Below, one piece after another: positions 1-10,597 of a stretch of DNA of 64,000 bases (position 1 is its first letter; each line of letters begins with the position of its first letter). The notes beneath the pieces are model-generated. The model saw only the letters and a list, made by a program, of their open reading frames with translations, had not been told where the DNA came from and made no database searches. This DNA comes from Adineta vaga (taxonomy: Eukaryota; Animalia; Rotifera). The DNA lies in NCBI GenBank assembly GCA_021613535.1, contig CP075497.1, forward strand, positions 620,001 through 684,000, in the 5' to 3' direction. The position numbers were made by a program, and so were the translations under genes.

Positions 1-23
1 TACGTGGCGATATCTATCAACAC

Positions 24-2831
24 ATGAACAACTTCGATGATGCTCTTTTCTATTTAAACAAATCAGTTAATTTATGTCGTTCTCACATGCCTAACAATCA
101 TCCTATATACGTCAGAATATATCTTACTCTCGCCACCATATATGAAACTATATCAGATTACAAGAAAGCTCTCGGATTCTACAAATCCGTGCTCTGCCTT
201 CTACTACAGATTGTATCAGAACATCATCCGGATATAGTTTTTGCATACGAACGAGTTGCTGCGATGTATATTAATTCTGGTCATTATGAGTTAGCTATGG
301 TTTATTGTCAAAAAGCATTAACGAACATAAAAAAATTCCAAAATGATGAAGATACAAATAAATATATAAATCCGATCGTCCCTATTTTCCTTTATAGTAC
401 TGTAGGAGCCCTTTATGCGCATCATACCGATGTGGCAAATGCTTTGGATTATGCCAAAAAAGCAGTCAATGAGTATATTAGATATGAATATATGATACCA
501 AAAACTTATCCAATAATAGAATCCATTTACAACAGCTTGGGATCAGCTTATGATGCAGTTGGTGATATAACTTCCGCATTAGATACTTACATAAAAGTTC
601 TTGATCTTCCGGTAAAAGATGTAAGTGTTCGAATAATGACACTTGGAAATATAGCCAACATGTATCTAAAGAGAAGTGACAGAGAAATGGCTTTAACATA
701 TTTGTACAAATCATATGACCTTATTTCCGAGATACCTTCATGTCTTATTAATTACAACCATCTCGCAAATATTATGTTTGGACTTTCCTATGCATATAAA
801 CATAAAAATGACTTTGAGACAGCTTTATCTTTCGCTGAAAAAAGTTTACAACTTCTACTCATTTCGCCAAAACAAGATTCCATTCGTATTGCAGGCGCGT
901 ACTCTTGGCTCGGTCTACTCTGTCCAGACAAAATGAAAATGTGTTGTGAAGAAATGATCAAGCTTATGTTGAAAGATAACTTTCCTGCATTACAAGGATC
1001 GATACATAACACTACTATTGGATGGTATTTTTATGAACAAAACAATTTCTCTGATGCAATAATTTATTTTCAAAAAGCATTAAATAAAATAATCGCAATC
1101 ATTCCAGTTTGTTACTCCGATTTGATGAACGCACACCAACGTCTAGCTTTGACGTACGTTAGTATGAAAACTACGGATTCAAATAATGCATTAATTCACT
1201 GTGAGGCAATCCATGATATTTATCTACAACTTGTAAACATGAAAGAAATTCCGTTAAAAGATAAAGCGAAAATGCGAAACATTGATGGCTTATTGCTGCC
1301 CGATGATATAAAACAAAGTTACTCGCATACGAGAAGCATTTTTAGTAATTATAGGACAATAGGATATATTTATAATCAAAGAGATGATCATAAACAAGCG
1401 TTGAATTATTTTCTAAAATCAGAAGAAATATTAACAGAGTATTTAGGTAAAACAGAATTAAAAGGCATAGAAACTCTTTATGGTTCAATCGAATGTGCAT
1501 ATGTCATGCTCAACGAATTTGATCAAGCACTTCATTATTGCGAGAAACGTTTCCAGCAGGAGTTAATAAATCAGCGAGATTATGGTAAATATTATGCTTC
1601 AATTGCTTGTTACTATTATCAGAAAAAAGAATATTTAGTTTCATTATCAAAATATAAAATAGCATTGACTTTCTTACATAATACAAAATCGAAAAATTAT
1701 AAATTATTGTCAGAAGCATATTATTATGTAGCATCTATATATATGAAGTTGAACAATTATGATTATGCTTCAATTTATCAAAAACTAGCGATGAATAATG
1801 CTTTGCAATGTGATCCAATAGATTATAAACACCTCTCAAATATGTATGATATGCTTGGATTTCATCTTTCTCTTTTGAAACCGTTTGATTGTGACGAGCC
1901 ATTATACTATTATCTGAAAGCAATTGAACATTCAAAACACCCAGTCAGTATTTATTCAGGCATTCAATTGCTTTATTTGACCAATGGTCAGTTCAATAAA
2001 GCAGATGAATACACAAAAAAGATCCTTGATATCAACCTCAATGAGATAAATGTAAACTATATAGATATTGCATCAACATACGTCACGATGGGAATTATTA
2101 ACTATAAACTTGGTAGATACAAAATGGCTCGAATATGTTATTTAACAGCTTTTTCAAATCTTGAAAAAAGCCAATGTAATAATACACACGCATATTATGG
2201 CAAATTTTATGATTATACTGGAATGATCTATTACGAGTATGGCCACTTGATAGAAGCCCGAAACTGTTGCCTCAAAGCTCGAGATATTTTTTTTTCGCAT
2301 GGAAATGAACCATTAATGGCTATAAACACATACATACATCTGGGCCTAGTTGAGTGTAAAATGGAAAATTATTATGATGCTTTAGATTATTTTGGACAAG
2401 CAATTGAACTTATATACAATCAAAAACTTCTCACACATGTTGCTGAAAGGATAATATACAATCATATTGGTTATGTCTACTATAAACTCGGTCAAACACA
2501 AGTAGCTATGAAAAATTATTTGAAATCGTTATCAATGCATAATAAATGTCTTAATCATCCCGATCTTGCTCAGGTATACAAAAATATTGGTTTAATACAT
2601 GAACATGACTCACAAAATTATCCGCTTGCATTGTCATTTTACAAACAAGCTGCACAGCTCGTCATAGATATTGAACATCCCCACAATATTTTATATAAAA
2701 GTATCATTCAAACACTCAAATTTAAAATGATAATGACTACAATTAACAATTTCATTCAGTCGATCAGCAGACTTTTTTTTTTAGGCGAAGCAGTCGAACA
2801 AAATATTGACATAAATTTGATTAATCCTTAG
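24..2831 (+). CDS. Tetratricopeptide repeat (TPR) protein, probably 5'-incomplete
   Basis: 935-aa ORF made of TPR-like units (e.g. YNSLGSAYDAVGDITSALDTYIKVL, YNHIGYVYYKLGQTQVAMKNYLKSL). The frame stays open to the window edge upstream of position 24. Confidence 0.85.
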   Translation: MNNFDDALFYLNKSVNLCRSHMPNNHPIYVRIYLTLATIYETISDYKKALGFYKSVLCLLLQIVSEHHPDIVFAYERVAAMYINSGHYELAMVYCQKALTNIKKFQNDEDTNKYINPIVPIFLYSTVGALYAHHTDVANALDYAKKAVNEYIRYEYMIPKTYPIIESIYNSLGSAYDAVGDITSALDTYIKVLDLPVKDVSVRIMTLGNIANMYLKRSDREMALTYLYKSYDLISEIPSCLINYNHLANIMFGLSYAYKHKNDFETALSFAEKSLQLLLISPKQDSIRIAGAYSWLGLLCPDKMKMCCEEMIKLMLKDNFPALQGSIHNTTIGWYFYEQNNFSDAIIYFQKALNKIIAIIPVCYSDLMNAHQRLALTYVSMKTTDSNNALIHCEAIHDIYLQLVNMKEIPLKDKAKMRNIDGLLLPDDIKQSYSHTRSIFSNYRTIGYIYNQRDDHKQALNYFLKSEEILTEYLGKTELKGIETLYGSIECAYVMLNEFDQALHYCEKRFQQELINQRDYGKYYASIACYYYQKKEYLVSLSKYKIALTFLHNTKSKNYKLLSEAYYYVASIYMKLNNYDYASIYQKLAMNNALQCDPIDYKHLSNMYDMLGFHLSLLKPFDCDEPLYYYLKAIEHSKHPVSIYSGIQLLYLTNGQFNKADEYTKKILDINLNEINVNYIDIASTYVTMGIINYKLGRYKMARICYLTAFSNLEKSQCNNTHAYYGKFYDYTGMIYYEYGHLIEARNCCLKARDIFFSHGNEPLMAINTYIHLGLVECKMENYYDALDYFGQAIELIYNQKLLTHVAERIIYNHIGYVYYKLGQTQVAMKNYLKSLSMHNKCLNHPDLAQVYKNIGLIHEHDSQNYPLALSFYKQAAQLVIDIEHPHNILYKSIIQTLKFKMIMTTINNFIQSISRLFFLGEAVEQNIDINLINP

Positions 2832-2857
2832 TGGAGGAGGGGGCGTGTGGTGCAGGT

Positions 2858-2907
2858 TTGAGGGTGTGAGTGTGGGTGTAAATACAAGAGACCCACACCC
2901 ACACCTT
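2858..2907. repeat. Telomere-like hairpin element (TTGAGGGTGTG...CACACCC)
   Basis: TTGAGGGTGTGAGTGTGGGT, a short spacer, then ACCCACACCCACACCTT, located about 26 nt after the TPR stop codon. Confidence 0.7.
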
Positions 2908-3442
2908 GCTGCTGTTAAGATAGCTTTTTCTACTTGTATATGTTTTTATTCAATTTAAATCTACAATACCTTCATGATGATTTTCTGGTGTTGATAATAA
3001 TTCAAATCGATTCTGTTGGAGAAATAGCTGACGAGATTAAAGAGATGTTGCACTGACAAAGCTTATTAATACTATTGATTGACGTATTTTCCATTGAATA
3101 CGATTGATGAACCGAAATAGTTTCAATAAAGAATTGTTGATATCGAGGTAAAATCAAGGATTTTGAAATTTTTACCTTGAGGTTAACACGTGCATTTTTT
3201 TTTCGAAGTTCGATGTACTGAATACCTATTATAGAATGTAGATAGGAATGATACACTTTTTTTTGCGTTGTAAGTAAGACTTATTCAAATACAAAAGAAA
3301 GATAAAATAAATGCAGAACAGTATTTTTTTTCTCTTTTCTTTTTTCTCTCTATCGTCCTATTTAATATTTGTGCATTACATTTAGTCAATAACATTATAC
3401 TTTTATACTTGATCATTTCAATACAAAATTATCGTTACGATA

Positions 3443-4757
3443 ATGACCGATGGTAAGTATAAATAAAATATTTCAATCTTTTATTTCATTAAAATTCATT
3501 CGTATTTTTTAGTACCATCATTTCCAATGGAGCGTACTTCACCTCTTCGTCCACCACCTGAATATACTAAATTGCGCAAAGAAAATCCAATATCAAAAGC
3601 AAAAATTTGGGATGGTAGTTTAGTTTGGTTGATAACTCGACATAATGATGTACATACAGTTCTTATTGATCCAAGATTCAGTAAAGTGCGTACACATCCA
3701 GGTTTTCCTGAAACTGGACCAGGAGGTAAAGCCGCAGCTCGTGCAACAAAACCAACTTTTGTTGATATGGATCCTCCTGAACATACGCGTCATCGAGGAA
3801 TGGTTGAACAAGATTTTACAATAGAAAAAATTGAATCAATGCGTCCTCAAATTCAACAAATTGTCGATCAAGTTATCGATAATATGATAAATAATCTGAC
3901 ACAACCAGTGGATTTAGTTGCTTCATTTGCAATGTCTGTTCCTACACTGATTATTTATAAAATATTAGGTATTCCTTATGAAGATCATGAATTTTTACAT
4001 AAATGCAATAGTATTCGTACTAATGGTAGTGCTACTTCAGCTGAAGCATCTGATGCGAGTAAAGATCTCATGGATTATCTTGGACGTTTAGTAAGTCTTT
4101 GTAAGAAATACGATATTCTACAGTAAGAATGTTTATCTTTAGGTGACAAAGAAAGCGAGGGAACCGAGTAATGATATTATTAGTCGTCTTGTAACTGAAC
4201 AAGTTCGCACTGGTCAATTAACTCATGAGGAACTTACTGCCATGTCATTTCTTCTTTTGGTTGCTGGAAATGCAACAACAGCAAATATGATTGCACTTGG
4301 TATTCTTACACTTCTTCAACATCCTGATCAACTTGCTGAACTTCGTCAAACTCCATCTCTTATTTACGATGCAGTTGAAGAAATCTTACGATATCTTACT
4401 GGTTCACAATTTGCTACACGTCGAGTAGCTATCGAAGATGTTGAAGTTGGTGGAACATTAATTAAGAAAGGTGAAGGTGTATGGGCTTTGAATGCATCAG
4501 CCAATGATGATGAAAGTATCTTTTCTAATCCAACACAATTTAATATTCATCGAAAACCAAATCCTCATTTATCATTCGGTGATGGTATTCATATTTGTGT
4601 TGCACAACATTTAGCACGTGCCGAAATTCAAATTGCTATCGCTACTCTTATTCGTCGTTTACCCAATCTTCAATTAGCTATTTCACTTGATCAAATACAT
4701 TATGTTACAGATTCATCACGCGATTATGCCGTCACTAATTTACCTATTAAATGGTAA
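3443..4757 (+). CDS. Cytochrome P450nor (CYP55-family NAD(P)H-dependent nitric oxide reductase)-like; exons 3443-3452, 3513-4090, 4143-4757
   Basis: GT-AG introns 3453-3512 and 4091-4142 give MTDVPSFPMER...LPIKW. CYP55 signature segments are present: FSKVRT..GFPE, PTFVDMDPPEH, IRTNGS, FLLLVAGNAT, and the heme motif FGDGIHIC. There is no N-terminal membrane anchor. Confidence 0.9.
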
Positions 4758-4858
4758 ATAATCAACTGAAGTATCTTAATTATTATTAGAACTATATTTA
4801 ATAAATAAACATAATTAGATTTCTTTTCAGTTATAATAATAAACTAGTTTGACTCTTG

Positions 4859-5711
4859 TTATCTTAACCAAAATATTTCGTATTCTAGATTGATGGGCTT
4901 CTGTTCTTCCATATAAATAACACGACAGATAGAACCTTGTTGCTCTTTAATGGTCGCTATTCTCGCCAATGTTCCTGGTAAGATAATATATTCCTTCTCT
5001 GATGGCATAAAAGAATACTCTACAATTGATCTTGCCGATATACTATCCATCCAAATGATTGTACAATTGAGACCATCACCTTGACCAGCAAATCTTTTAC
5101 ACACTTCTATATCACTAGAGAATGACATAGATAGCTAAAATACAAATTGATATGGTCTGACATTATATCGCAATCCAGACTTACTGTACGAATCATCGTA
5201 TCTTCGCGACCATGTTTTTCCCATGTTTGGAGAGGCAAATTAACGCCACGACAGATTCGAACCGTTGAAGGTTGCAATCTTGTGATGGCAATGTGGAACA
5301 ACTATAAAATAATAAATAAATTGTGGTAGACTATATATTAGAGAAGAAGTTCAAGTGTAAGATCGATACTTTGAGATATGGTGCCCATGTTGTGAGTGCT
5401 ACTTCATTTAATGATCGTAGAGCCTCATTGACCAGTCTTTGAAGAGGAGAATTTGTCGTATACAGAGCTATTGCACCTTTTTCATTTATATCAAGTTGTG
5501 AGTATATTGTCATTGCTGTAAAAAGACTTTTTATCACGAAACGTCGAGGTACAAGTGTGCCTGATTTGTTGTCATCGGTAAGGAGACCATTTAGAGCATT
5601 GGTAAGATTGACAAAATATGGTTTATCCAAATAGAATTTGGGTATATCATCGTGGTGTAGCTTAGCTAATACAATTCCCAGACAATAAAAGATGAGAATT
5701 ACGGAGCTCAT
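4859..5711 (-). CDS. Secreted R-S-E (ARTC-type) mono-ADP-ribosyltransferase; exons 5711-5370, 5301-5185, 5134-4859
   Basis: Two in-frame GT-AG introns join three ORF fragments. It has a signal-peptide-like N-terminus, AIALYT..LVNEALR, the catalytic R (ICRG), the S-x-S motif (MSFSS) and ExE (SEKEYIILPG). Confidence 0.8.
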
Positions 5712-6367
5712 AATTTAAAAGCAAATTTTATAATATTGAAACATGAATACTACACAGTACTTTTTCTCGTGAATTTATACTTCGCCTTTTTTTTCAATAC
5801 ATCAATAGATGCATGTTGAAAAAAGGAAGTAGCTGGAGGTTATCATACTTAAATATTTGAGAGTATATGTGTGGGTTTGTTAAAGTACATATCACAGTAT
5901 AAGCATCAGAGTAATATTTATTCATCATTCATACTCGCCTACTCGATACAGTTATGTTTAGCTTTTTGTAATTCATTTTCCAATGGCGCAATGTAATGTT
6001 TGACAGGTTTTAGAATACTTTTAGAAGTTCTATTTTTATATTCGATCATTCTGATTGATGATTTGAATAACTATAATACTATGCAGTTGATATTAGTATA
6101 CACATGATAATATTTAATTGCATCTTTGTGTATATTCATATCCTATTTTCAATGTTACTGTGGGAAATTTATTCATTCATATGAATAGCAAGTTGCAACA
6201 GAAGGAACGAAAGAAATACACGAACTACTTTGAGTTATATGAGTGCCGTACATTTGCGACAGAGCAAAAGAAACGAGCGAATAGAGTGAATGATTTTTTG
6301 TTTTCCACTTTTTATTTGATAAGAAGAAAAATCCAAGACGTATACGTCTACATTATATTGATAACTA

Positions 6368-6421
6368 GAGGGTGTGGATGTGGGTGGCAGAAGTTAGGAG
6401 CACTCACACCCACACCCTCAA
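6368..6421. repeat. Telomere-like hairpin element
   Basis: GAGGGTGTGGATGTGGGTG...CACTCACACCCACACCCTCAA. Confidence 0.75.
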
Positions 6422-6469
6422 AATGTGTGAGTTAAGAGCATAGGCTGATATTTGAATGAATATGATGTG

Positions 6470-7191
6470 TTAATGTGAACACCATAGAATCAAAGCTATA
6501 CAAACACCACAACAAATAAATAGTCCAATTAATGAGTATTGTGCGAGAAGAGTCCCAAAAGTAAATTTATATAAAGTGTCTGAACAATAAGTGCTTGAGT
6601 TCATATCATTAGATTGGAACACTGTACGAACTGGAAATACCCAAACGCTACCCTAAAATATAAATGTCTACAATGATCAAGCTGTTTTGTCTTCAAGATT
6701 TGTATACTTACCGCAATCAGCCATGCAAGAAAAAATAACATCAATAAACATAGAAAACACGCACTTATTCCAATACCAATTTCATTATCATCATCAGAAC
6801 GACAGCAAATTGACACCACCATCTATAAAAAATACTATCATATAATCATATCATGAAAAACTATAAATCTTACTACGATGGTTGAAAAGCCAAAAACTGC
6901 CAAACCAACAGCGCCAAAGACAATCATCCATTGTGGTATCCATGTTTGAATTGGACAATCATTCTGATACATTTTTCCGACAGTCAGTGTTGCAATAGGC
7001 AAAAATGTTAATAAAACAAGAACAACGATAGCTTTTATTGCAGTCGTCTTCTGATTTTCATTTTCATCTTTTGTGAAAGTAGGTAAAGCCTGAGGTAGGC
7101 GCACTGATCTAATTCTCTGTGTGTTTGCGGTTGAATCCCATGCCGGTTTTACACGATTAGTTTGCTCTACATAATTTAAAAAGCATTTCAA
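6470..7191 (-). CDS. TMEM272-like multi-pass membrane protein (3 exons visible; true start uncertain)
   Basis: The spliced product contains CPIQTWIPQWMIVFG, WLIA|GSVWVF and YCSDTLYKFTF, with four hydrophobic segments and a stop at 6470-6472. Confidence 0.65.
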
Positions 7192-7491
7192 TCTCTATTT
7201 ATTTTAATAGTGTTAGCAACAGTGCTCATACATTAGTTATATTGCATGAGTTATTCTTCATTTATGTGAAAACAAACATATAAATGAAATTTCGTATTCT
7301 GCGTTTCAGTGAAAAAATATTCTAGCTATCATATACTAGTTTTAGAAAGAAAATTTGATTAGAACAATTTGTTTTACTTCTCGCTATCTATTCATTTCGT
7401 ATTGTGGCACTTACGTGGCGGATTGCTTGATTTCAAAGGAACAATTATCATTTCAATTCCTTGCATATTATTTTTTGGTATGATATCATGG

Positions 7492-8322
7492 TTAGGCTTC
7501 TCTTTGTTTGCTATTAGGATGAAAATAAAAATTCAACACTATTATATTTCTCAACCTACCGGATTCTTTCGTAGTAGATTTCATTTCAGATGAAGACTCT
7601 GATGATAATTCAATTGGTTGATATGGCGGTGATACTTCTCTCAAATGAATCATGTGAAGTTCATTGGCCAGATCTGTTTTACTCTTTCCATGAAGCCATG
7701 TGCCAGGTACCAGGATAATTTCTTCTTCATGATCTTGAAAATATGAATGTGATGCTATTTTTTTACCCTTTTCAGTTTCAATACAGCACATTGTTCGCAT
7801 CCCGTGTTTTCCCAAGAATTTGTCATTTTCAAGAACTTTCAGATCAAGTGTACAGGAGCTAACACCCCACCAAGCAATATCGGATCCTGTTTGATATTGT
7901 GAACTTAAATCTACGTCTCGTACACCACGCCAGACAATTGCTTTTTCAGAAGGAAGTTTACACACAGCGGTATAGAAAAGTTTCAAGTACAACAGCCATG
8001 GTCGAAGCGTTTCACGTTGTTCAGATCGTAATACTAAATTAAGTTCTTGATAAAGAGAAGGAGGAGGATTAAATTCCATGGTGTACAAATGAATTGATGC
8101 AGATTCATCTTGTGTAAGACCATCCTTTGGGTTTTGACAGTTCCTTTTAGCAATATATACGTAATTTTTAAGAGATTCAAATAAGTGATGTACTAGTTTT
8201 ACTGCTTCTTCCAGTGAAACCAACGGCGTCTGTTTTAAACCTTTGATCGGTGTGAGTAGACGAACTGGTTCGTTTTGTAGATCAAAAAAACGAGAAGGAA
8301 TTTTTTCGTTACTGTTTGACAT
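7492..8322 (-). CDS. Intracellular NAD:arginine ADP-ribosyltransferase domain protein
   Basis: Motifs ESASIHLYT, VWRGV (R), WWGVSSCT (S-x-S/T) and EEEIILVPG (ExE). A probable splice donor after KESG (about 7559) makes the 3' end uncertain. Confidence 0.8.
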   Translation of the reverse strand: MSNSNEKIPSRFFDLQNEPVRLLTPIKGLKQTPLVSLEEAVKLVHHLFESLKNYVYIAKRNCQNPKDGLTQDESASIHLYTMEFNPPPSLYQELNLVLRSEQRETLRPWLLYLKLFYTAVCKLPSEKAIVWRGVRDVDLSSQYQTGSDIAWWGVSSCTLDLKVLENDKFLGKHGMRTMCCIETEKGKKIASHSYFQDHEEEIILVPGTWLHGKSKTDLANELHMIHLREVSPPYQPIELSSESSSEMKSTTKESGRLRNIIVLNFYFHPNSKQREA

Positions 8323-10240
8323 TCTTTGCCTAATTCATTCGAAGATCCAATACGTTTAAATCGACACACTTTGAAATAAAAATAAAAAAACTAATACTGT
8401 TCAATGATTACAACTTTTTCCTAAAGGACAATATGATATATATAGAATCAAACTCACTAAAAATGAAATAATCCACTTGAGTCACATCCTTACATCTCCA
8501 CAGAGCCGTACATAAATGTTCTGATAACTTCGTCATGTCAAAAGAAAGAATCGAACTTTCTTATCTCTGAACTCAGATATATATATAGAACCACTACATC
8601 ATCCGTGATCCTATAGATGAGATATTTAAACCTTTCTGTCCAAAGCTTTCGAGGGCTTGCCATGATTGTAGTGATTGCTGTAAAATGATTTATGAAGCAA
8701 AGAAAACAACGTTAGATACCTCTTATGGCGCTGGTATAAAATAGTTTTACATACACACGGAAAAACAATGTAAAAGACGATATATTAGGAAGAAAGAAAA
8801 TATTATCATTGCACAAAGTGGTAAACTACTATGAAAAATTTCCAACTAAATAACGTAGTAACAGGAGAGAAAAAATGAACATGAGACAGAAACGCTGCAG
8901 ATGATGAAAGGAAAAAAAAACGTCTAGTCATCTTCGTTTCCGAGACTTCTCAAACAGACAGACTTGTAGAAAATCGCGTAAGAACGCGCAAAATATATAT
9001 TAATGGATTGATTGACATTCGATAAATTGAAAATGCTGTTGATTTGTTTCGTTGAACGACATGATTCACATGATTTAAGTCCAGCTTTGGGTGCAGCTGC
9101 AGAAGTCGTTGTAGTAGTTGATAGTGTTGTTTGTCTTTGAATGAAGATGATGTGAAATCACAATGGCGTAATTAATAATTGTAAGAGGTGGTAAGTGGCA
9201 TTTCCTATACACCATAAGAATAACGATTTCTTATCGTCGTCTTTCTTCATGTGGTTGACTTTAAAGTAAATACATCTCGTCACCATAATCTTTTGGTTAG
9301 AGAATAATGTATTATATTCTCTACAATGGTAAGATTGTTTATAAAAATAAATATTCAATTTTTTCTCATCTATTTTAGTCTGTTCAACATATGGCTTTTT
9401 CGGAACAAGGTATACGATATGCAGCTTTTCTTCATTTGAATAAATTGCTTGTGAGTTCAATTGATTGAAATCATAAATGGATATCAACGCAACACTGAGC
9501 ACATTTTTATATTTATTCAATGATGATAATTAGACGTATTTTATAAAACTCGCATATCTTGAGAATCGATGAGAGATGAACGTATGAGTGAAAATAAACA
9601 ATAGTACAAAAATAACCTTGATTATATCTATTAGCTGATAATGGCATCCATTTGCAACAACAACAGCAATCAGTTTAAGTTTTTATTCTTTGATTGGAAC
9701 AGTATAATGTTTTTCGATCTCTTAAGGAAGTAACGAAAACAAATACATACATATTCGTATCATAAAATAATCTTGACATCCTTGACATTATTATATTACA
9801 ATATTATCATCTTATATTTTCAAGAATATGTGCACATTGAACAACGTTCTTTATAGCTTATGTATATCTATAACTTGTATTACTGTACGTATAAGAATCT
9901 TCAACAAAAATGATCTGCAACTTAATTCTTACTCTATGATAATGATAATATTATAAAGACTATATGACTTACCGTTGGTGATAAAGCAATAAATTTGAAG
10001 CGCTTGCAATTTATAATCTTTTTCAAGAGAGTAAAAAGATATTTGAAGCTTTTTTTCTCCCTCTAATCTTCATAAACATGTATATAAACATTAACCAAAC
10101 TATATTAAACATTTCAATTTTGTGATAGACATACGAACAAATAACATCAACTACAACCACATTTCTGTCTATTTAATTCATTTATTGTAAGTCGATGTTT
10201 ACATCAAGTCGTTCACAAGATCACATGATTTTGTGGTACT

Positions 10241-10597
10241 TTGTGCCCCATGGATCACCAGCTATGTATCATGAAATATGATGCTTGGAGTGGATATCAG
10301 TACACTTCGCCATTTCCTTTCTGTTACAATTCATTATATCAAGCTTGTTTGAATAATACGCTTTGTAATTCTCTATCTCAAGTATGCAACGGACGATGTA
10401 TGGGATATAATCAAGTTTGTGTTAACAATGTCTCAGTTTGCAATGTTACCTTTAATTACTATAACTATCAACCTGATCAAATAAAATTATGTAATGGTGT
10501 ATGTTATGATTCAGCAATTCAACAGTGCGTCGGTGAACATTCTGTAAATTGTATTCGCGATCCTTTCACTCAAGAAAGTATTGGTGAGAATACTAAT
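10241..10597 (+). CDS. Small cysteine-rich protein fragment (CNGxCY..xQxC repeats, possibly a carbohydrate-binding module)
   Basis: Repeated CYNSLYQAC, CNGRCMGYNQVC and CNGVCYDSAIQQC units. Both the start and the 3' end are uncertain. Confidence 0.45.

Noticed and set aside
8925-9520. ORF 9158-9520 and a roughly 70-codon Thr-rich open stretch at about 8925-9140 on the minus strand
   Set aside because: No recognisable domain or consistent splice model. These could be degraded exons, but I cannot support a call.
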